Source: Promethearchaeota archaeon (lineage in GTDB: Archaea > Asgardarchaeota > Lokiarchaeia > Sigyniarchaeales > SOKP01). From it: a stretch of 64,000 nt of DNA. A model generated the notes under the pieces. That model made no database searches. It saw nothing but the letters and a program-made list of their open reading frames with translations, and had not been told where the DNA came from. The translations under genes were made by a program, and so were the position numbers. The stretch spans positions 1 through 64,000 of the forward strand of contig JAHPZE010000002.1 of assembly GCA_019058365.1 (NCBI GenBank), in the 5' to 3' direction. Shown piece after piece: positions 1-10,392 of this stretch. Position 1 is the stretch's first letter. The number at the start of each line of letters is the position of its first letter.

Positions 1-91
1 GGAATAAAAAAAATAAAAAATTAAAGATAAATAAATACTTCATTAGATACTGAAATAAAAAAAAGAAAATATGATTACTTGTTCAGATAAT

Positions 92-289
92 TTAGTTTTC
101 TATAATCTCTATTGCTTCCTCAGGACATTGGGTTTCACAAGCCCTACAACCTACACAATCTTCTCTGTTTTCTTCTAAAACGTTTACTTTGCCTCCTTCA
201 GGTTCACCAAAGCATTCGGAAGGGCATACTTCATAACAAGTACCACACCCAGTACATGCATCCTTATCTATTTTTATGTCAAAAGACAT
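92..289 (-). CDS. 2[4Fe-4S] ferredoxin
   Basis: Two CxxCxxCxxxCP motifs (CTGCGTCYEVCP, CVGCRACETQCP) in 65 aa. Confidence 0.92.
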   Translation of the reverse strand: MSFDIKIDKDACTGCGTCYEVCPSECFGEPEGGKVNVLEENREDCVGCRACETQCPEEAIEIIEN

Positions 290-470
290 TATTTTTTACT
301 CCTTTATGTTCTTAATTCTTATTTTACCATTTTTGATTATTTTATAATAATCCTAACTTTGATAATAATATAAAAAATATAAATTTCGTTTTTATTAAAA
401 AAAATTATCAACAATTTATTATTTTTAAATTTAAATTAAATATTTTAACATAAAACTGTCATTTTTAACC

Positions 471-1583
471 TTGAAATTTAAAGAAATCTGGAATTTTAAA
501 TATAATAAACCTATACTTGGATTTGAATTAGGAGATATTAATTATGATGGTGAAATAGAAATAATTGCTTATACTAAAACTGGAACATTATTAATTTTGG
601 CACTTAATGGCAAGCTAATGCATCGAGAAATTATTTCGAATAATATACCAATTTGGCATATAAAATTACATGATATTGATAATGATGGAAATAATGAAGT
701 AATTTTAGGTGGAATGGATGGAATTTTAAGAGTATTTAAATGTAATTCTAATCACGATTTAGTTTTATTATGGAAACATAAATTTAATGCCTCTATTAGT
801 GGAATCCTCATAGATGATATTGACAATAATGATATAAGTGAATTAATTGTGTATTCTCTTGATAAAACAATAAGGGTTTTGAATTCGTCCGACGGGAATT
901 TAATATGGGGGCAAGTTTTTGAAGATGGTATAGGAGATGCCATAATCTATACAGATGATAAAAAAATATTATTCGCATGCGGAAATGATGGAACAATTAG
1001 GGGTTTTAATAGTATCGATGGAAACCTACTATGGTTTAAAAGATTTTCAAATAAAATACGTTTTGTTTCTTATCTGAATTCAATTAAAGGTTGCATTATG
1101 TTATGTGGTGGTGATGATAAGAAATTACATTTCATTGATAAAAACACAAAAAAAGAAATCAACACTTATGAATTTAAAGATTATGTATGGAAATGTATAT
1201 CTTACCCATTTCCAATTTTTAATAAAGCACTTGTTAGTTCTTATTCATTTACTCATTTTAATCAGTCTATACCATTTGAAAAAATTGATTATACCTCAAA
1301 TTTAATTTGCTTAAATGATTCTATTGACATTCTTTGGGAATTAAAAGGATATAATTTTGAAGTTCTCAAAGTGATAGTAATTAATGATAAAATTCTTATT
1401 TTTGCTGGTACTACTAAGGGGAATCTTATGGTTATTGAAGAAAAAACGGGTAAAATATTATTTAATAAAAAAAAAAAATCTTGTATAAATATGATTCAAT
1501 TCCTTATAGAAAAAAAGGTCCTATTTTGCTGTCATGATGATGGAACTATAAGTGCCTATAAATTAGAAGAAATATTAACATGA
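471..1583 (+). CDS. FG-GAP/WD40-like beta-propeller protein
   Basis: Repeated D-I-D/N-x-D-G-x-x-E motifs and GxxDGxLRVF blade ends. Confidence 0.7.
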   Translation: MKFKEIWNFKYNKPILGFELGDINYDGEIEIIAYTKTGTLLILALNGKLMHREIISNNIPIWHIKLHDIDNDGNNEVILGGMDGILRVFKCNSNHDLVLLWKHKFNASISGILIDDIDNNDISELIVYSLDKTIRVLNSSDGNLIWGQVFEDGIGDAIIYTDDKKILFACGNDGTIRGFNSIDGNLLWFKRFSNKIRFVSYLNSIKGCIMLCGGDDKKLHFIDKNTKKEINTYEFKDYVWKCISYPFPIFNKALVSSYSFTHFNQSIPFEKIDYTSNLICLNDSIDILWELKGYNFEVLKVIVINDKILIFAGTTKGNLMVIEEKTGKILFNKKKKSCINMIQFLIEKKVLFCCHDDGTISAYKLEEILT

Positions 1584-1698
1584 ACAAATTTTATATGAGA
1601 ACTAAATAATCATGCTTCAAGTTTTTTATATTTAAAAAAAGGGAAATTAACTTCTATTTACATTTAAAATGAAAAAAAAATAAAAATTTTGTTAATAC

Positions 1699-2019
1699 TT
1701 ATTCTTCAGTTTCTTCAGCAGCTAATTCCTCTTCCAATTCTTCAAGTGGAACGGGTGCTGGTGTGGTTAACATACTGTATCCAATCCAAATAGCAATAAT
1801 TGAAATCAAAATTACTAGAAGCCACATAGGTAGGACCACCATGAGTTTCCAATTTAATAAATCAATTCCCCATAACCAGCTTGAAGTAAGATCGATTCCT
1901 TTTGGACTATTCCCAAGTGTTTCCATATAAAGATCTACAACAGACCCTAATGTATAAATAATTGCGATTAAAATACCAACAATCATTACAATTGCGCCAA
2001 TAATCTTATCTTTAGCCAA
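1699..2019 (-). CDS. Conserved archaeal two-TM membrane protein with TTPAP motif and acidic tail
   Basis: Two hydrophobic helices, WIGYSMLTTPAPVPLEELEEEL. Confidence 0.7.
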   Translation of the reverse strand: MAKDKIIGAIVMIVGILIAIIYTLGSVVDLYMETLGNSPKGIDLTSSWLWGIDLLNWKLMVVLPMWLLVILISIIAIWIGYSMLTTPAPVPLEELEEELAAEETEE

Positions 2020-2222
2020 ATGTAAAACCTCTTTGAATATTCCTTTTTATTTTTTTAATTTGATAATAATAGTTCTATTTTTATTAAGCACGTAAATTTT
2101 GCTTAATATGATTTTTAAAAAATTATTAAATTAAAACCATTCGATCAAAACTTATTGATCGAAAATAAAATATTATGATGATCCACAAATAGAAAATATA
2201 TATACAATTAAAATCATAAAAT

Positions 2223-3215
2223 TTGTTAAAATTAAGTGCAGACTGCATGACTAAGAAAGCTGAATATGTGTTAATAATTGGTTCTAGTAATATAGACTTA
2301 AATATATATTCTAAACGATTTCCAAATCCAGGAGAAACAGTCACAGGAGGAATATTTAAGCAATGTTTGGGGGGAAAAGGAGCAAATCAAGCAGTAGCAT
2401 CAGTTAGATCGGGAGCAAATACAATTTTCATAGGAAAGATTGGAATTGATTCATTTGGTAATCAGATGCTCTCTCAATTAATAGATGAAGGTATTAATAT
2501 GGAGCATATACTTAGAGATCCTCAAGAACCAAGTGGGGTTGCTTTTATATTAATTAATAAAAATGGGGAAAATATGATAAGTGTTGCGCCTGGAGCTAAC
2601 TTTAGATTAAATCCAGAAGAGATACGTTCTAAAGCAGAAATTATTAAAAATGCAAATTCTATTGTAGTTCAGATGGAAATTCCAACTGAGACAATTCAAG
2701 AAATATTTACTATAGCCTCTAAAGGAAATGGATTTAAAATTCTTAATCCAGCACCTTTGAAACTTATACCTCTTGAGGTTTTAGAGATGGTGGATATAAT
2801 TATTCCTAATGAAGGTGAACTTTATAAAATGCATTCACTTTTAGGTTTTGAAGAATTAATAAAAGTAGGAAACCAAAGGATTATTCAAGCTTCAAAGGAT
2901 ATATCTAGTCTAGGTATAGGATATATCATTACAACTTTAGGAAATAAAGGCTGTATAATCTTTGATGGAAAAAAAGATGAGTTTTTTAAAATATCTCCTC
3001 CAAAAGTTAAAGCTATTGATACTGTAGGTGCAGGTGATTGTTTCATTGGAGCCTTAGCCAGTATGTTGAATAAAGGTGAAAATATTTTAAATGCGGTTGA
3101 ATTTGCAACAGTAGCAGCTTCAATTGCAGTTACTAGAAAAGGTGCTCAAGAATCAATGCCATATTTTAGTGAAGTCCAGAACAGAATTAAAGAATTGAAA
3201 TTACAAAAGAGATAA
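2223..3215 (+). CDS. rbsK: Ribokinase (PfkB family); real start probably ATG 2248
   Basis: GGKGANQA, NPAP, PNEGE and DTVGAGDCF signatures. Confidence 0.9.
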   Translation: MLKLSADCMTKKAEYVLIIGSSNIDLNIYSKRFPNPGETVTGGIFKQCLGGKGANQAVASVRSGANTIFIGKIGIDSFGNQMLSQLIDEGINMEHILRDPQEPSGVAFILINKNGENMISVAPGANFRLNPEEIRSKAEIIKNANSIVVQMEIPTETIQEIFTIASKGNGFKILNPAPLKLIPLEVLEMVDIIIPNEGELYKMHSLLGFEELIKVGNQRIIQASKDISSLGIGYIITTLGNKGCIIFDGKKDEFFKISPPKVKAIDTVGAGDCFIGALASMLNKGENILNAVEFATVAASIAVTRKGAQESMPYFSEVQNRIKELKLQKR

Positions 3216-3229
3216 GAATAGTAATTAAA

Positions 3230-3904
3230 ATGAAAAAAGAACGTATTTCCGCTGAAAGAAGTACTCCATTAAGGGAAAACAATTCTCGGGAATTAAGTAT
3301 AGCTATCAATCAAAGTAATTTTCAAGATATTTTCCTAATCAATGGATCATTTTTTATTACTGAAGGAATTTCTAATTCAGATTTAACAATCAGTCCAAAT
3401 ACATATTACATGATAATAAATTATGGAAAAAGTCCACTCTATATCAATTATAATCACGACATTTCAAGCCATAAAATAATTTATGATCCTTATAAGTATG
3501 AATCTTCACAAAGAATAAATTTAAAACCAGAACTATTCCTAAAAAGATATAATATACCTGAAGGATATATAGATACACTTCCAAAATGGTATAGTTTTAA
3601 ATTTACTTATCCAGATTATAATTTGATTTTTGTTCGACCAGAATTTGGGCTTTCAATTCAAATTCATAGATATAGAAATGAGGTTTGGGAAATATTGGAT
3701 GGTAAACCTATTATTATCACTGGAAAAAAAGTGCATTATTTTGTTGAAACAGGAATAAAATTTCAAAATCCCATAAATACTTACCATTCAATTATTAATC
3801 CTAATAAAGAAAAAAACAAATTTGTAGCGATTAAAGAATATTGGAATGGAAAATTTAATGAGAATGATATAGAACGCATCTTTAATCCAAATCATTATAA
3901 ATAA
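3230..3904 (+). CDS. Hypothetical protein with C-terminal cupin (mannose-6-phosphate isomerase type II-like) domain
   Basis: LSIQIHRYRNEVW...HSIIN...ENDIERI resembles the ManC/PMI cupin motif. Confidence 0.6.
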   Translation: MKKERISAERSTPLRENNSRELSIAINQSNFQDIFLINGSFFITEGISNSDLTISPNTYYMIINYGKSPLYINYNHDISSHKIIYDPYKYESSQRINLKPELFLKRYNIPEGYIDTLPKWYSFKFTYPDYNLIFVRPEFGLSIQIHRYRNEVWEILDGKPIIITGKKVHYFVETGIKFQNPINTYHSIINPNKEKNKFVAIKEYWNGKFNENDIERIFNPNHYK

Positions 3905-4132
3905 CTCTTTTTTAATCATGAAAAAGGTAGACAAAAAGCAGATTATTATTTAAGACATTAAGATAAGTGTGGTTCTCTTCAAATTTACATCTAACATTTA
4001 TAAGTTTTATGATTTTTAATTGCTTAACCTAAAAGTTAAAATTCTATTGAACACTTAAAACCTTACCGTAATAAATTGTTTGAGAAAAAAATTACAGAAT
4101 AATATAAATGGAATAAGTAGAATGGTTAAAAA

Positions 4133-4708
4133 ATGACTCCGGATGAACAATCTGATGAAAATAAATCAGAAGAATTGGAAGAAGAATTAAACAATGATTC
4201 AGAAAAAGATTCAGATTCAGAGAAAGATATAGAAACTGATATTGAGACAGAGGGAGAAGAAATATCTCAAGAAAAAGGAGATTTGGACACGGAAGCAGAA
4301 TTAGATAGGTTAAGATTTAAGTATAGAGGGTATACATTAGAAGAATTAAAGAAAATGAATATGGATCAATTTATACAATTATTACCAGCAAGAGCAAGAC
4401 GTTCATTAAATCGAGGCTTACCTCCAAGACAAAAAAAATTACTTGAAAGGTTAAGAAGGGCATATAGAGCAAAGAAAAGAGGGAAAGATTTACTCACTCG
4501 AACCCATGTAAGGGATATGATAATATTTCCTGAAATGGTTGGCTTAAAAATTGGAGTATACAATGGAAGAGTCTTTGAAATGGTTGATATAAAACCTGAG
4601 ATGATCGGTCATTACTTAGGAGAATTTTCTTTAACTCGTAAACGAGTTCAGCATGGTTCACCGGGAATTGGAGCCACAAGGAGTTCCAAATATGTTCCAT
4701 TGAAATAA
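4133..4708 (+). CDS. rps19: 30S ribosomal protein uS19 with acidic N-terminal extension
   Basis: [44 protein letters not shown]. Confidence 0.97.
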   Translation: MTPDEQSDENKSEELEEELNNDSEKDSDSEKDIETDIETEGEEISQEKGDLDTEAELDRLRFKYRGYTLEELKKMNMDQFIQLLPARARRSLNRGLPPRQKKLLERLRRAYRAKKRGKDLLTRTHVRDMIIFPEMVGLKIGVYNGRVFEMVDIKPEMIGHYLGEFSLTRKRVQHGSPGIGATRSSKYVPLK

Positions 4709-4734
4709 AGATAATTAAATTGAGTTGATGTTAA

Positions 4735-5214
4735 ATGCCTACTTGGGGTTATTCTTTTGTAGAACATAAGTATGATGCTGATAGAATAGCAAAGGCATCT
4801 GGTCGAGATATTAGGATTAAACCTAAACATTCAAGAGAAATTTGTGCGGTCATTAAAGGTATGAAGGTAGATCAAGCAAAAAGCTATCTGGAAAAAGTAA
4901 TCAGAATAGAACAATCAGTGCCTTTTAGAAGGCATAAAAAAAAAGTTGCGCATAGAAATGATTTAGCGCAATTTAAATGGTATGCGGGAAGATATCCTCA
5001 AAAATCAGCAGCTAGAATTTATGAAATTCTCACATCTGTTGAATCAAATGCAGAATATAAAGGTTTAGATATTGATCTATGTCGGATTATTCATGCAGCA
5101 ACACATAGTGGCAGAATAATAAAGAGATTTATTCCAAGATCGCATGGACGCAGCACAGCAAAATTTAAACATCTTTCACATGTAGAAATAGTTATTTATG
5201 AATTCCCAAGTTAG
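4735..5214 (+). CDS. rpl22: 50S ribosomal protein uL22
   Basis: AGRYPQKSA, NAEYKGLD, PRSHGRST; operon position. Confidence 0.97.
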   Translation: MPTWGYSFVEHKYDADRIAKASGRDIRIKPKHSREICAVIKGMKVDQAKSYLEKVIRIEQSVPFRRHKKKVAHRNDLAQFKWYAGRYPQKSAARIYEILTSVESNAEYKGLDIDLCRIIHAATHSGRIIKRFIPRSHGRSTAKFKHLSHVEIVIYEFPS

Positions 5215-5264
5215 ATAATTTAATAATAAAATAGAGATTTTAATTTAACGATTATTGAGATAAA

Positions 5265-6053
5265 ATGAGTCCTCTAGTAAAGAATTTTATTGAACAAGGA
5301 ATTAAATTAATGCAAATAAATGAGTATCTACGTTCAGAGTTAGTTCGTGCAGGATTTGCAGGTGTTGAGCTACAGCGTACTCCATTGGGCGTAAGAATCA
5401 CATTGAAAACTTCCCGCCCTGGTTTAGTAATTGGTAAAGGGGGAAAGAGAATTCAAGAAATTACAGATGTCCTTCAAGACCGATTCGGTTTAGAAATGCC
5501 CCAGATTGAAGTCGAAGAGGTCGTAGAACCAGATTTAGATGCTCAAATAATGGCAGAAAGATTAGCTTATTCACTAGATCGAGGACGCCATTACCGTAGA
5601 GCAGGTTATTATATATTGAGAAAAGTGATGGATGCAGGGGCACGTGGTGTAGAGATAATTGTATCTGGAAAAGTTACTTCACAGCGTGCTCGTACACAGA
5701 TATTCAGAGCAGGTACAATGTCTAAATCAGGTCAACCAGCAGCAGCTGTTGATAAAGGTGTTGCTCAATGTATACAGAAATCAGGAGTCTTAGGAATAAT
5801 TGTGAAGATTATGCGAGCTAATATTAAAATGGGAGATGATGTTAAAATCAAGGATGATCTATTAACTAAAGCTCAAGCAGAAGAGGAAGCAAAATTGGCA
5901 AAAACACGAGTAGACTATATGATTGAACAAGAAGAGGGTGTTTTAAGTGAGGAAGATAAGAAATTACTTGATGAAGTTGATGAAGAAGAAATTTCTGAGA
6001 TTACGTTAACTCCTACTACTGAGGAGGAACATGAGGAGTCAGAGAAAGAATAA
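5265..6053 (+). CDS. rps3: 30S ribosomal protein uS3 with acidic C-tail
   Basis: KH domain RPGLVIGKGGKRI, GARGVEIIVSGK. Confidence 0.97.
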   Translation: MSPLVKNFIEQGIKLMQINEYLRSELVRAGFAGVELQRTPLGVRITLKTSRPGLVIGKGGKRIQEITDVLQDRFGLEMPQIEVEEVVEPDLDAQIMAERLAYSLDRGRHYRRAGYYILRKVMDAGARGVEIIVSGKVTSQRARTQIFRAGTMSKSGQPAAAVDKGVAQCIQKSGVLGIIVKIMRANIKMGDDVKIKDDLLTKAQAEEEAKLAKTRVDYMIEQEEGVLSEEDKKLLDEVDEEEISEITLTPTTEEEHEESEKE

Positions 6054-6081
6054 TTATAATAATATAAAATTGTGGTAAAAT

Positions 6082-6279
6082 ATGGATATTTTAACAGCTA
6101 AAAAAGTACGAGAAATGGATGAGAGAGAAAGGGAGAGAAATTTGATTAGTTTGCGAGAGGAATTAATGATGTTATATTCAATGCAAACTGGTGGAGGTCT
6201 TTCTGATAATCCTGCTAAAGCAAAATTATTAAGAAAACAAATAGCAAGAATACTTACTGTGATGAAAGAAGGGGAATGA
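6082..6279 (+). CDS. rpl29: 50S ribosomal protein uL29
   Basis: NPAKAKLLRKQIARILTV; operon position. Confidence 0.95.
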   Translation: MDILTAKKVREMDERERERNLISLREELMMLYSMQTGGGLSDNPAKAKLLRKQIARILTVMKEGE

Positions 6280-6593
6280 TGTTAAATCCAAATTTTATAA
6301 TATACCATGATTTGATAGGCATTTATGCCTTAATTAAAACAAAATCAAAATTAAATGATAACAAATTCTCGCCTATAGGCGTTGTGATTGATGAAACAAG
6401 AGATATGTTAATTACTGAAAAAAATGATAAAATAAAGAAATATATTAAAAAAGATCATACATTTAGGTTTAAACTTCCGAATTACGAGAACGATGAAATG
6501 TATTGTTATGTAGAAGTTTCAGGAAATAAGCTTATTGGCCTTCCTGTAAATAGACTAAGAAGTTTAAAGAAAAAGAGAAGGTTAAAAAAATGA
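6276..6593 (+). CDS. rnp1: Ribonuclease P protein component 1 (Rpp29/Pop4)
   Basis: HDLIG, GVVIDETRDML, VSGNKLIGLPVNRL; canonical position between uL29 and uS17. Confidence 0.88.
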   Translation: MMLNPNFIIYHDLIGIYALIKTKSKLNDNKFSPIGVVIDETRDMLITEKNDKIKKYIKKDHTFRFKLPNYENDEMYCYVEVSGNKLIGLPVNRLRSLKKKRRLKK

Positions 6594-6943
6594 GTAGAAA
6601 TATTGGTATTCCAGGTGTAAATCCTCCTAAAGTAAAAGCAGAGGAATGTAAAGATCAATTCTGTCCCTATCATGGAAATACACGAATTAGGGGAAAAATT
6701 ACTAAAGGAATTATAGTTAGTAAAAAATCAAGAAATACAGTCATTATAAGACGTGATTATGTTCAATTTGTAAAAAAATATCAAAGATATGAGCGTCGTA
6801 ATACTCATCTAGCGTGCCATTTACCAAATTGTTTAAGTCATGAAATTGATCTTGGAGATTTAGTAAGAGTTGGCGAATCTCGAAAAATTTCTAAAACAAA
6901 AGCTTTTATTGTAATAGAAAAAATTTCTCGTGGTGCAGAATAA
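6590..6943 (+). CDS. rps17: 30S ribosomal protein uS17
   Basis: CKDQFCPYHG, KYQRYERR, GESRKISKTKAF. Confidence 0.97.
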   Translation: MSRNIGIPGVNPPKVKAEECKDQFCPYHGNTRIRGKITKGIIVSKKSRNTVIIRRDYVQFVKKYQRYERRNTHLACHLPNCLSHEIDLGDLVRVGESRKISKTKAFIVIEKISRGAE

Positions 6944-7369
6944 ATGGGAACTAGAAGAAAATTAGGAAGAAAAACATATACTAAACCTCGCACCAGTTAT
7001 GGTTTATGTAACGGATCAAGAATCATTATTGCTGATAATTCTGGAGCAAAAATAGCTGAAATTATTAATGTAGACGGTTTCAAGACACGATTAAGAAGAT
7101 TACCTAAAGCATCTGTTGGAAGTGTATGTACTGTTACAATAAAAAAAGGGAAACCCGAATTACGAGGAAATATAGTAAAAGCAGTAATAGTTAGACAGAA
7201 AATGATTTACAGAAGGATAGATGGTACAAGACTTTGTTTTGAAGATAATGCTGGAGTAATTGTAACAAAAGAAGGTGATCCAAAGGCTACAGAGATTCGA
7301 GGGCCAATAGCAAGAGAAGCTGCAGAAATGTTTCCAAGACTAGCATCAATATCTTCATTAATAATATAA
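6944..7369 (+). CDS. rpl14: 50S ribosomal protein uL14
   Basis: ADNSGAK, FEDNAGVIV, IRGPIAREAA. Confidence 0.97.
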   Translation: MGTRRKLGRKTYTKPRTSYGLCNGSRIIIADNSGAKIAEIINVDGFKTRLRRLPKASVGSVCTVTIKKGKPELRGNIVKAVIVRQKMIYRRIDGTRLCFEDNAGVIVTKEGDPKATEIRGPIAREAAEMFPRLASISSLII

Positions 7370-7383
7370 ATGGAGGATTTAAA

Positions 7384-7812
7384 ATGAAAGTTGAATCAAA
7401 ACAACCAAGAAAGCAAAGGAAAGCTCTCTATAATTATAAAAATCATAACCGCTCAAAGTTACTCAGCACTAGGGTAGCTGATTTTCTTCGTGATGAATAT
7501 GGAATAAAAAGACTCCCACTTAGAGTTGGAGATCAAGTTAGAGTATGTAGAGGTGAATTTAAGGATTTTGAAGGTGAAGTTCTCGAGATTACAAAAAATC
7601 TAAGATGTAAGATAAAAGAATGTACTTTTGAAAAAACTGATGGAACTCAATTTCATCCTACAATTCATATAGCAAACTTGGTGATTTCTAAATTTACAAA
7701 AGAAAAGAAAATGGACCCATGGCGTGCGAATATGATTGAACGAAAAGCTTTATATGGATTTTATGAAGAGGAATTAAAAGCTCCAAAAAAAGAAAAAGAG
7801 GTAGAAAAATAA
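7384..7812 (+). CDS. rpl24: 50S ribosomal protein uL24
   Basis: SKQPRKQRK, LRVGDQVRVCRGEFK (KOW). Confidence 0.96.
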   Translation: MKVESKQPRKQRKALYNYKNHNRSKLLSTRVADFLRDEYGIKRLPLRVGDQVRVCRGEFKDFEGEVLEITKNLRCKIKECTFEKTDGTQFHPTIHIANLVISKFTKEKKMDPWRANMIERKALYGFYEEELKAPKKEKEVEK

Positions 7813-7815
7813 AAA

Positions 7816-8571
7816 ATGACTCATCATGGTAACCAAAAAGTGTTGAAAAGGCTTAACACACCTTCTTTCTTACAAATTAAAAGAAAACATGGAAAATTTT
7901 TCATAAAACCTGCTCCTGGACCACATCCCAGTAGATTTAGCTTACCACTTCTTCATATTGTTAGAGATCTTCTCAAAACTGTTGATACTCACAGAGAAGC
8001 GAAAAAGTTAATTGGTTTAGGTTACTTTAAAGTCGATGGAAAAATAGTGAGGAATAAATCATTTCCTGTAGGTTTAATGGATGTATTGTCAATTGAGAAA
8101 ATGAATAAACATTATAGAGTACTACCAGATTCTCATCAGGGCCTAATTTTGCATGAAATTCCTGAACAAGAGAGTTTATTTAAATTGTGCAGAATAAATA
8201 ATAAAACTTCTGTAAAGGGGGGTCACATTCAATTAAATTTGCATGATGGGAGAAATATTTTAATAAAAGTTCAAGATCCTAAAAATCCTAAGGAGGATAT
8301 CTATAAACGAATGGATGTTCTTAAAATTTCTATCCCCGAACAAGAAATCAACAAAATTTTGAAATTTAAAGAAAATAATATTGCTATCATTATGTCTGGG
8401 AAAAACATCGGGCAAGTTGGAAAAATTATTAATATATTGAAACGTTTTGGTCCCAAAGCAAGTACAGTTTCAATTCAGCGTAATGGGGATCATACGGAAA
8501 CATTATATGATTATACATTTATTATTGGAGAAGATAATTCTGAAATTGATTTACCTAGTATTGAAAATTAA
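7816..8571 (+). CDS. rps4e: 30S ribosomal protein eS4
   Basis: KPAPGPH, FPVGLMDV, QLNLHDGRNI. Confidence 0.97.
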   Translation: MTHHGNQKVLKRLNTPSFLQIKRKHGKFFIKPAPGPHPSRFSLPLLHIVRDLLKTVDTHREAKKLIGLGYFKVDGKIVRNKSFPVGLMDVLSIEKMNKHYRVLPDSHQGLILHEIPEQESLFKLCRINNKTSVKGGHIQLNLHDGRNILIKVQDPKNPKEDIYKRMDVLKISIPEQEINKILKFKENNIAIIMSGKNIGQVGKIINILKRFGPKASTVSIQRNGDHTETLYDYTFIIGEDNSEIDLPSIEN

Positions 8572-8597
8572 TAAAAAAAAAATTAAGTGAGAAAAAG

Positions 8598-9191
8598 ATG
8601 TCCACTAAAACAAAAAGAAAAATACCCGATGCTCTCTCAAAAATTTTTGAGGAAAATTGGAAAAACCCTATGGAAAAACCATATTTAGAAAAAGTAGTGT
8701 TGAATATAGGAGTTGGAAGTGGAGGAGAGGAATTAGAAAAGGCTGCAACCGTTTTAGAAACGATTACAGGTCAAAAAGCAATTAAAACACTTTCAAAAAC
8801 AAATATAAAAGAATTTAATTTAAGAAAAGGTCGTCCAATTGGGACTAAGGTAACCATTAGGGGTCAAAATGCGGAAAAATTGATTAAAAAATTATTAATT
8901 GTAAATAATAATAAAATTTTAAGAAAAAGTTTTGATAATTATGGAAATTTTGGTTTTGGAATAACAGAACATATTTCAATCCCCGGTATAGAATATGATA
9001 ACACGATTGGAATATGGGGCTTAGATTGTGTGGGAAGGATTGTAAGGCCTGGAATGAGAGTAAAATTTCGACGAAAAGCTCGTACTAAAGTTCCAAAACA
9101 TCATTACGTGTCCCGAGAAGAAACCCAATATTTTTTGATACAAAAATTAGGGGTAGAAATTGTAGAAAAACTAAATTTAGAATATATATAA
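8598..9191 (+). CDS. rpl5: 50S ribosomal protein uL5
   Basis: NPMEKPYLEKVVLNIGVG, GNFGFGITEHI. Confidence 0.97.
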   Translation: MSTKTKRKIPDALSKIFEENWKNPMEKPYLEKVVLNIGVGSGGEELEKAATVLETITGQKAIKTLSKTNIKEFNLRKGRPIGTKVTIRGQNAEKLIKKLLIVNNNKILRKSFDNYGNFGFGITEHISIPGIEYDNTIGIWGLDCVGRIVRPGMRVKFRRKARTKVPKHHYVSREETQYFLIQKLGVEIVEKLNLEYI

Positions 9192-9210
9192 ATCATTATG
9201 GTGAAAAAAG

Positions 9211-9360
9211 ATACCACAAGGTAAACATCACGGTAAAGGTCAGAGAGAGTGTAGAAGATGTCATACTCACAGAGGTGTAATCCGGCGTTATGGATTATAT
9301 CTCTGTAGAAGATGTTTTTATGAAATAGGAAAAGAAATTGGATTTAAAAGGTTTGAATAA
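9211..9360 (+). CDS. rps14: 30S ribosomal protein uS14 (49 aa, not in the ORF track); starts at ATA
   Basis: (M)[48 protein letters not shown]. In-frame TGA at 9202-9204 leaves no ATG/GTG/TTG; GGTGA 6 nt before the ATA. Confidence 0.93.
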   Translation: MPQGKHHGKGQRECRRCHTHRGVIRRYGLYLCRRCFYEIGKEIGFKRFE

Positions 9361-9392
9361 GAATTAAAAAGAAAGGAAAAAAGTGATAATCT

Positions 9393-9776
9393 ATGGTAAA
9401 TACAGTATCAGATGCTTGTTGTGCTCTAAAAAATGCTGAAAGAGCACGTAAAAGAGAAGTAATAATCAGTCCGGCTTCTAATCTTCTTCAACAAATTCTT
9501 CGAATATTTCAAAAACATGCTTATATTGGAGAATTCGAGAGGTATGATGATGGAAGACAGGGAAAATTCAAGATCGCTTTACTAGGTAAAATAAATGAAT
9601 GTGCTGGTTTAATAAGGTTGAATTATAAGGTATCAAAATATGACATGTTAGAAAGAAATCTATTACCTGCTCCTGGTTTAGGGATAATAATCTTAACAAC
9701 AAATCAGGGAATAATGACAATTAAGGAAGCAGAAGAAAAGCAAATTGGTGGTCACACTTTATGTTATATCTATTAA
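9393..9776 (+). CDS. rps8: 30S ribosomal protein uS8
   Basis: YIGEFERYDDGRQGK, LTTNQGIMT. Confidence 0.97.
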   Translation: MVNTVSDACCALKNAERARKREVIISPASNLLQQILRIFQKHAYIGEFERYDDGRQGKFKIALLGKINECAGLIRLNYKVSKYDMLERNLLPAPGLGIIILTTNQGIMTIKEAEEKQIGGHTLCYIY

Positions 9777-9798
9777 ATTAAATTAAGGTAAAAATAAA

Positions 9799-10377
9799 AT
9801 GGTAAAAATAGCATTCTTTCAAGAAACATTGGAAATCCCTGAAAATGTTAAAGTTACTCTAGAGGGAGATCATCATATTAGAGTAAAAGGACAAAACGGA
9901 GATATTACGAAAAATTTCTCTCATATAAGAGGTATTAATGTCTCAATTAAGGGGAATAAAATTTTCTTTACAACCAATTTTCCAAAAAGTGCAACTCTCG
10001 CATTAATTAAAACTGTAGTTAGTATTATTAATAATTTAATTATCGGGGTTCAAACAAATTATAAATATATATCAAAAATTTGCTACTCACATTTTCCTTG
10101 TAATTGTGAAGTGAAATCAGATAAAAGAGAGATTCATGTCATTAATTTCTTAGGAGAAAGAGCCCCAAGAAAGGCAAAGTATCCAGAAAATGTAAATGTG
10201 GAAGTAAATGGAGATGATGTACTTTTTATAGGACCTGATAAAGAATCATTAGGACAAGCAGCAGCTAATGTTAAAAGAGCTTGTCGTATTAGGAAAAAAG
10301 ACCCACGAGTATTTCAGGATGGAGTTTATCTATACAAAAAATTACTTGGAGACGAAATTATCTGGGAAATAACTTAA
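9799..10377 (+). CDS. rpl6: 50S ribosomal protein uL6
   Basis: YSHFP, NFLGERAPR, KDPRVFQDGVY. Confidence 0.97.
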   Translation: MVKIAFFQETLEIPENVKVTLEGDHHIRVKGQNGDITKNFSHIRGINVSIKGNKIFFTTNFPKSATLALIKTVVSIINNLIIGVQTNYKYISKICYSHFPCNCEVKSDKREIHVINFLGERAPRKAKYPENVNVEVNGDDVLFIGPDKESLGQAAANVKRACRIRKKDPRVFQDGVYLYKKLLGDEIIWEIT

Positions 10378-10392
10378 AGTGAGGTATTTATA

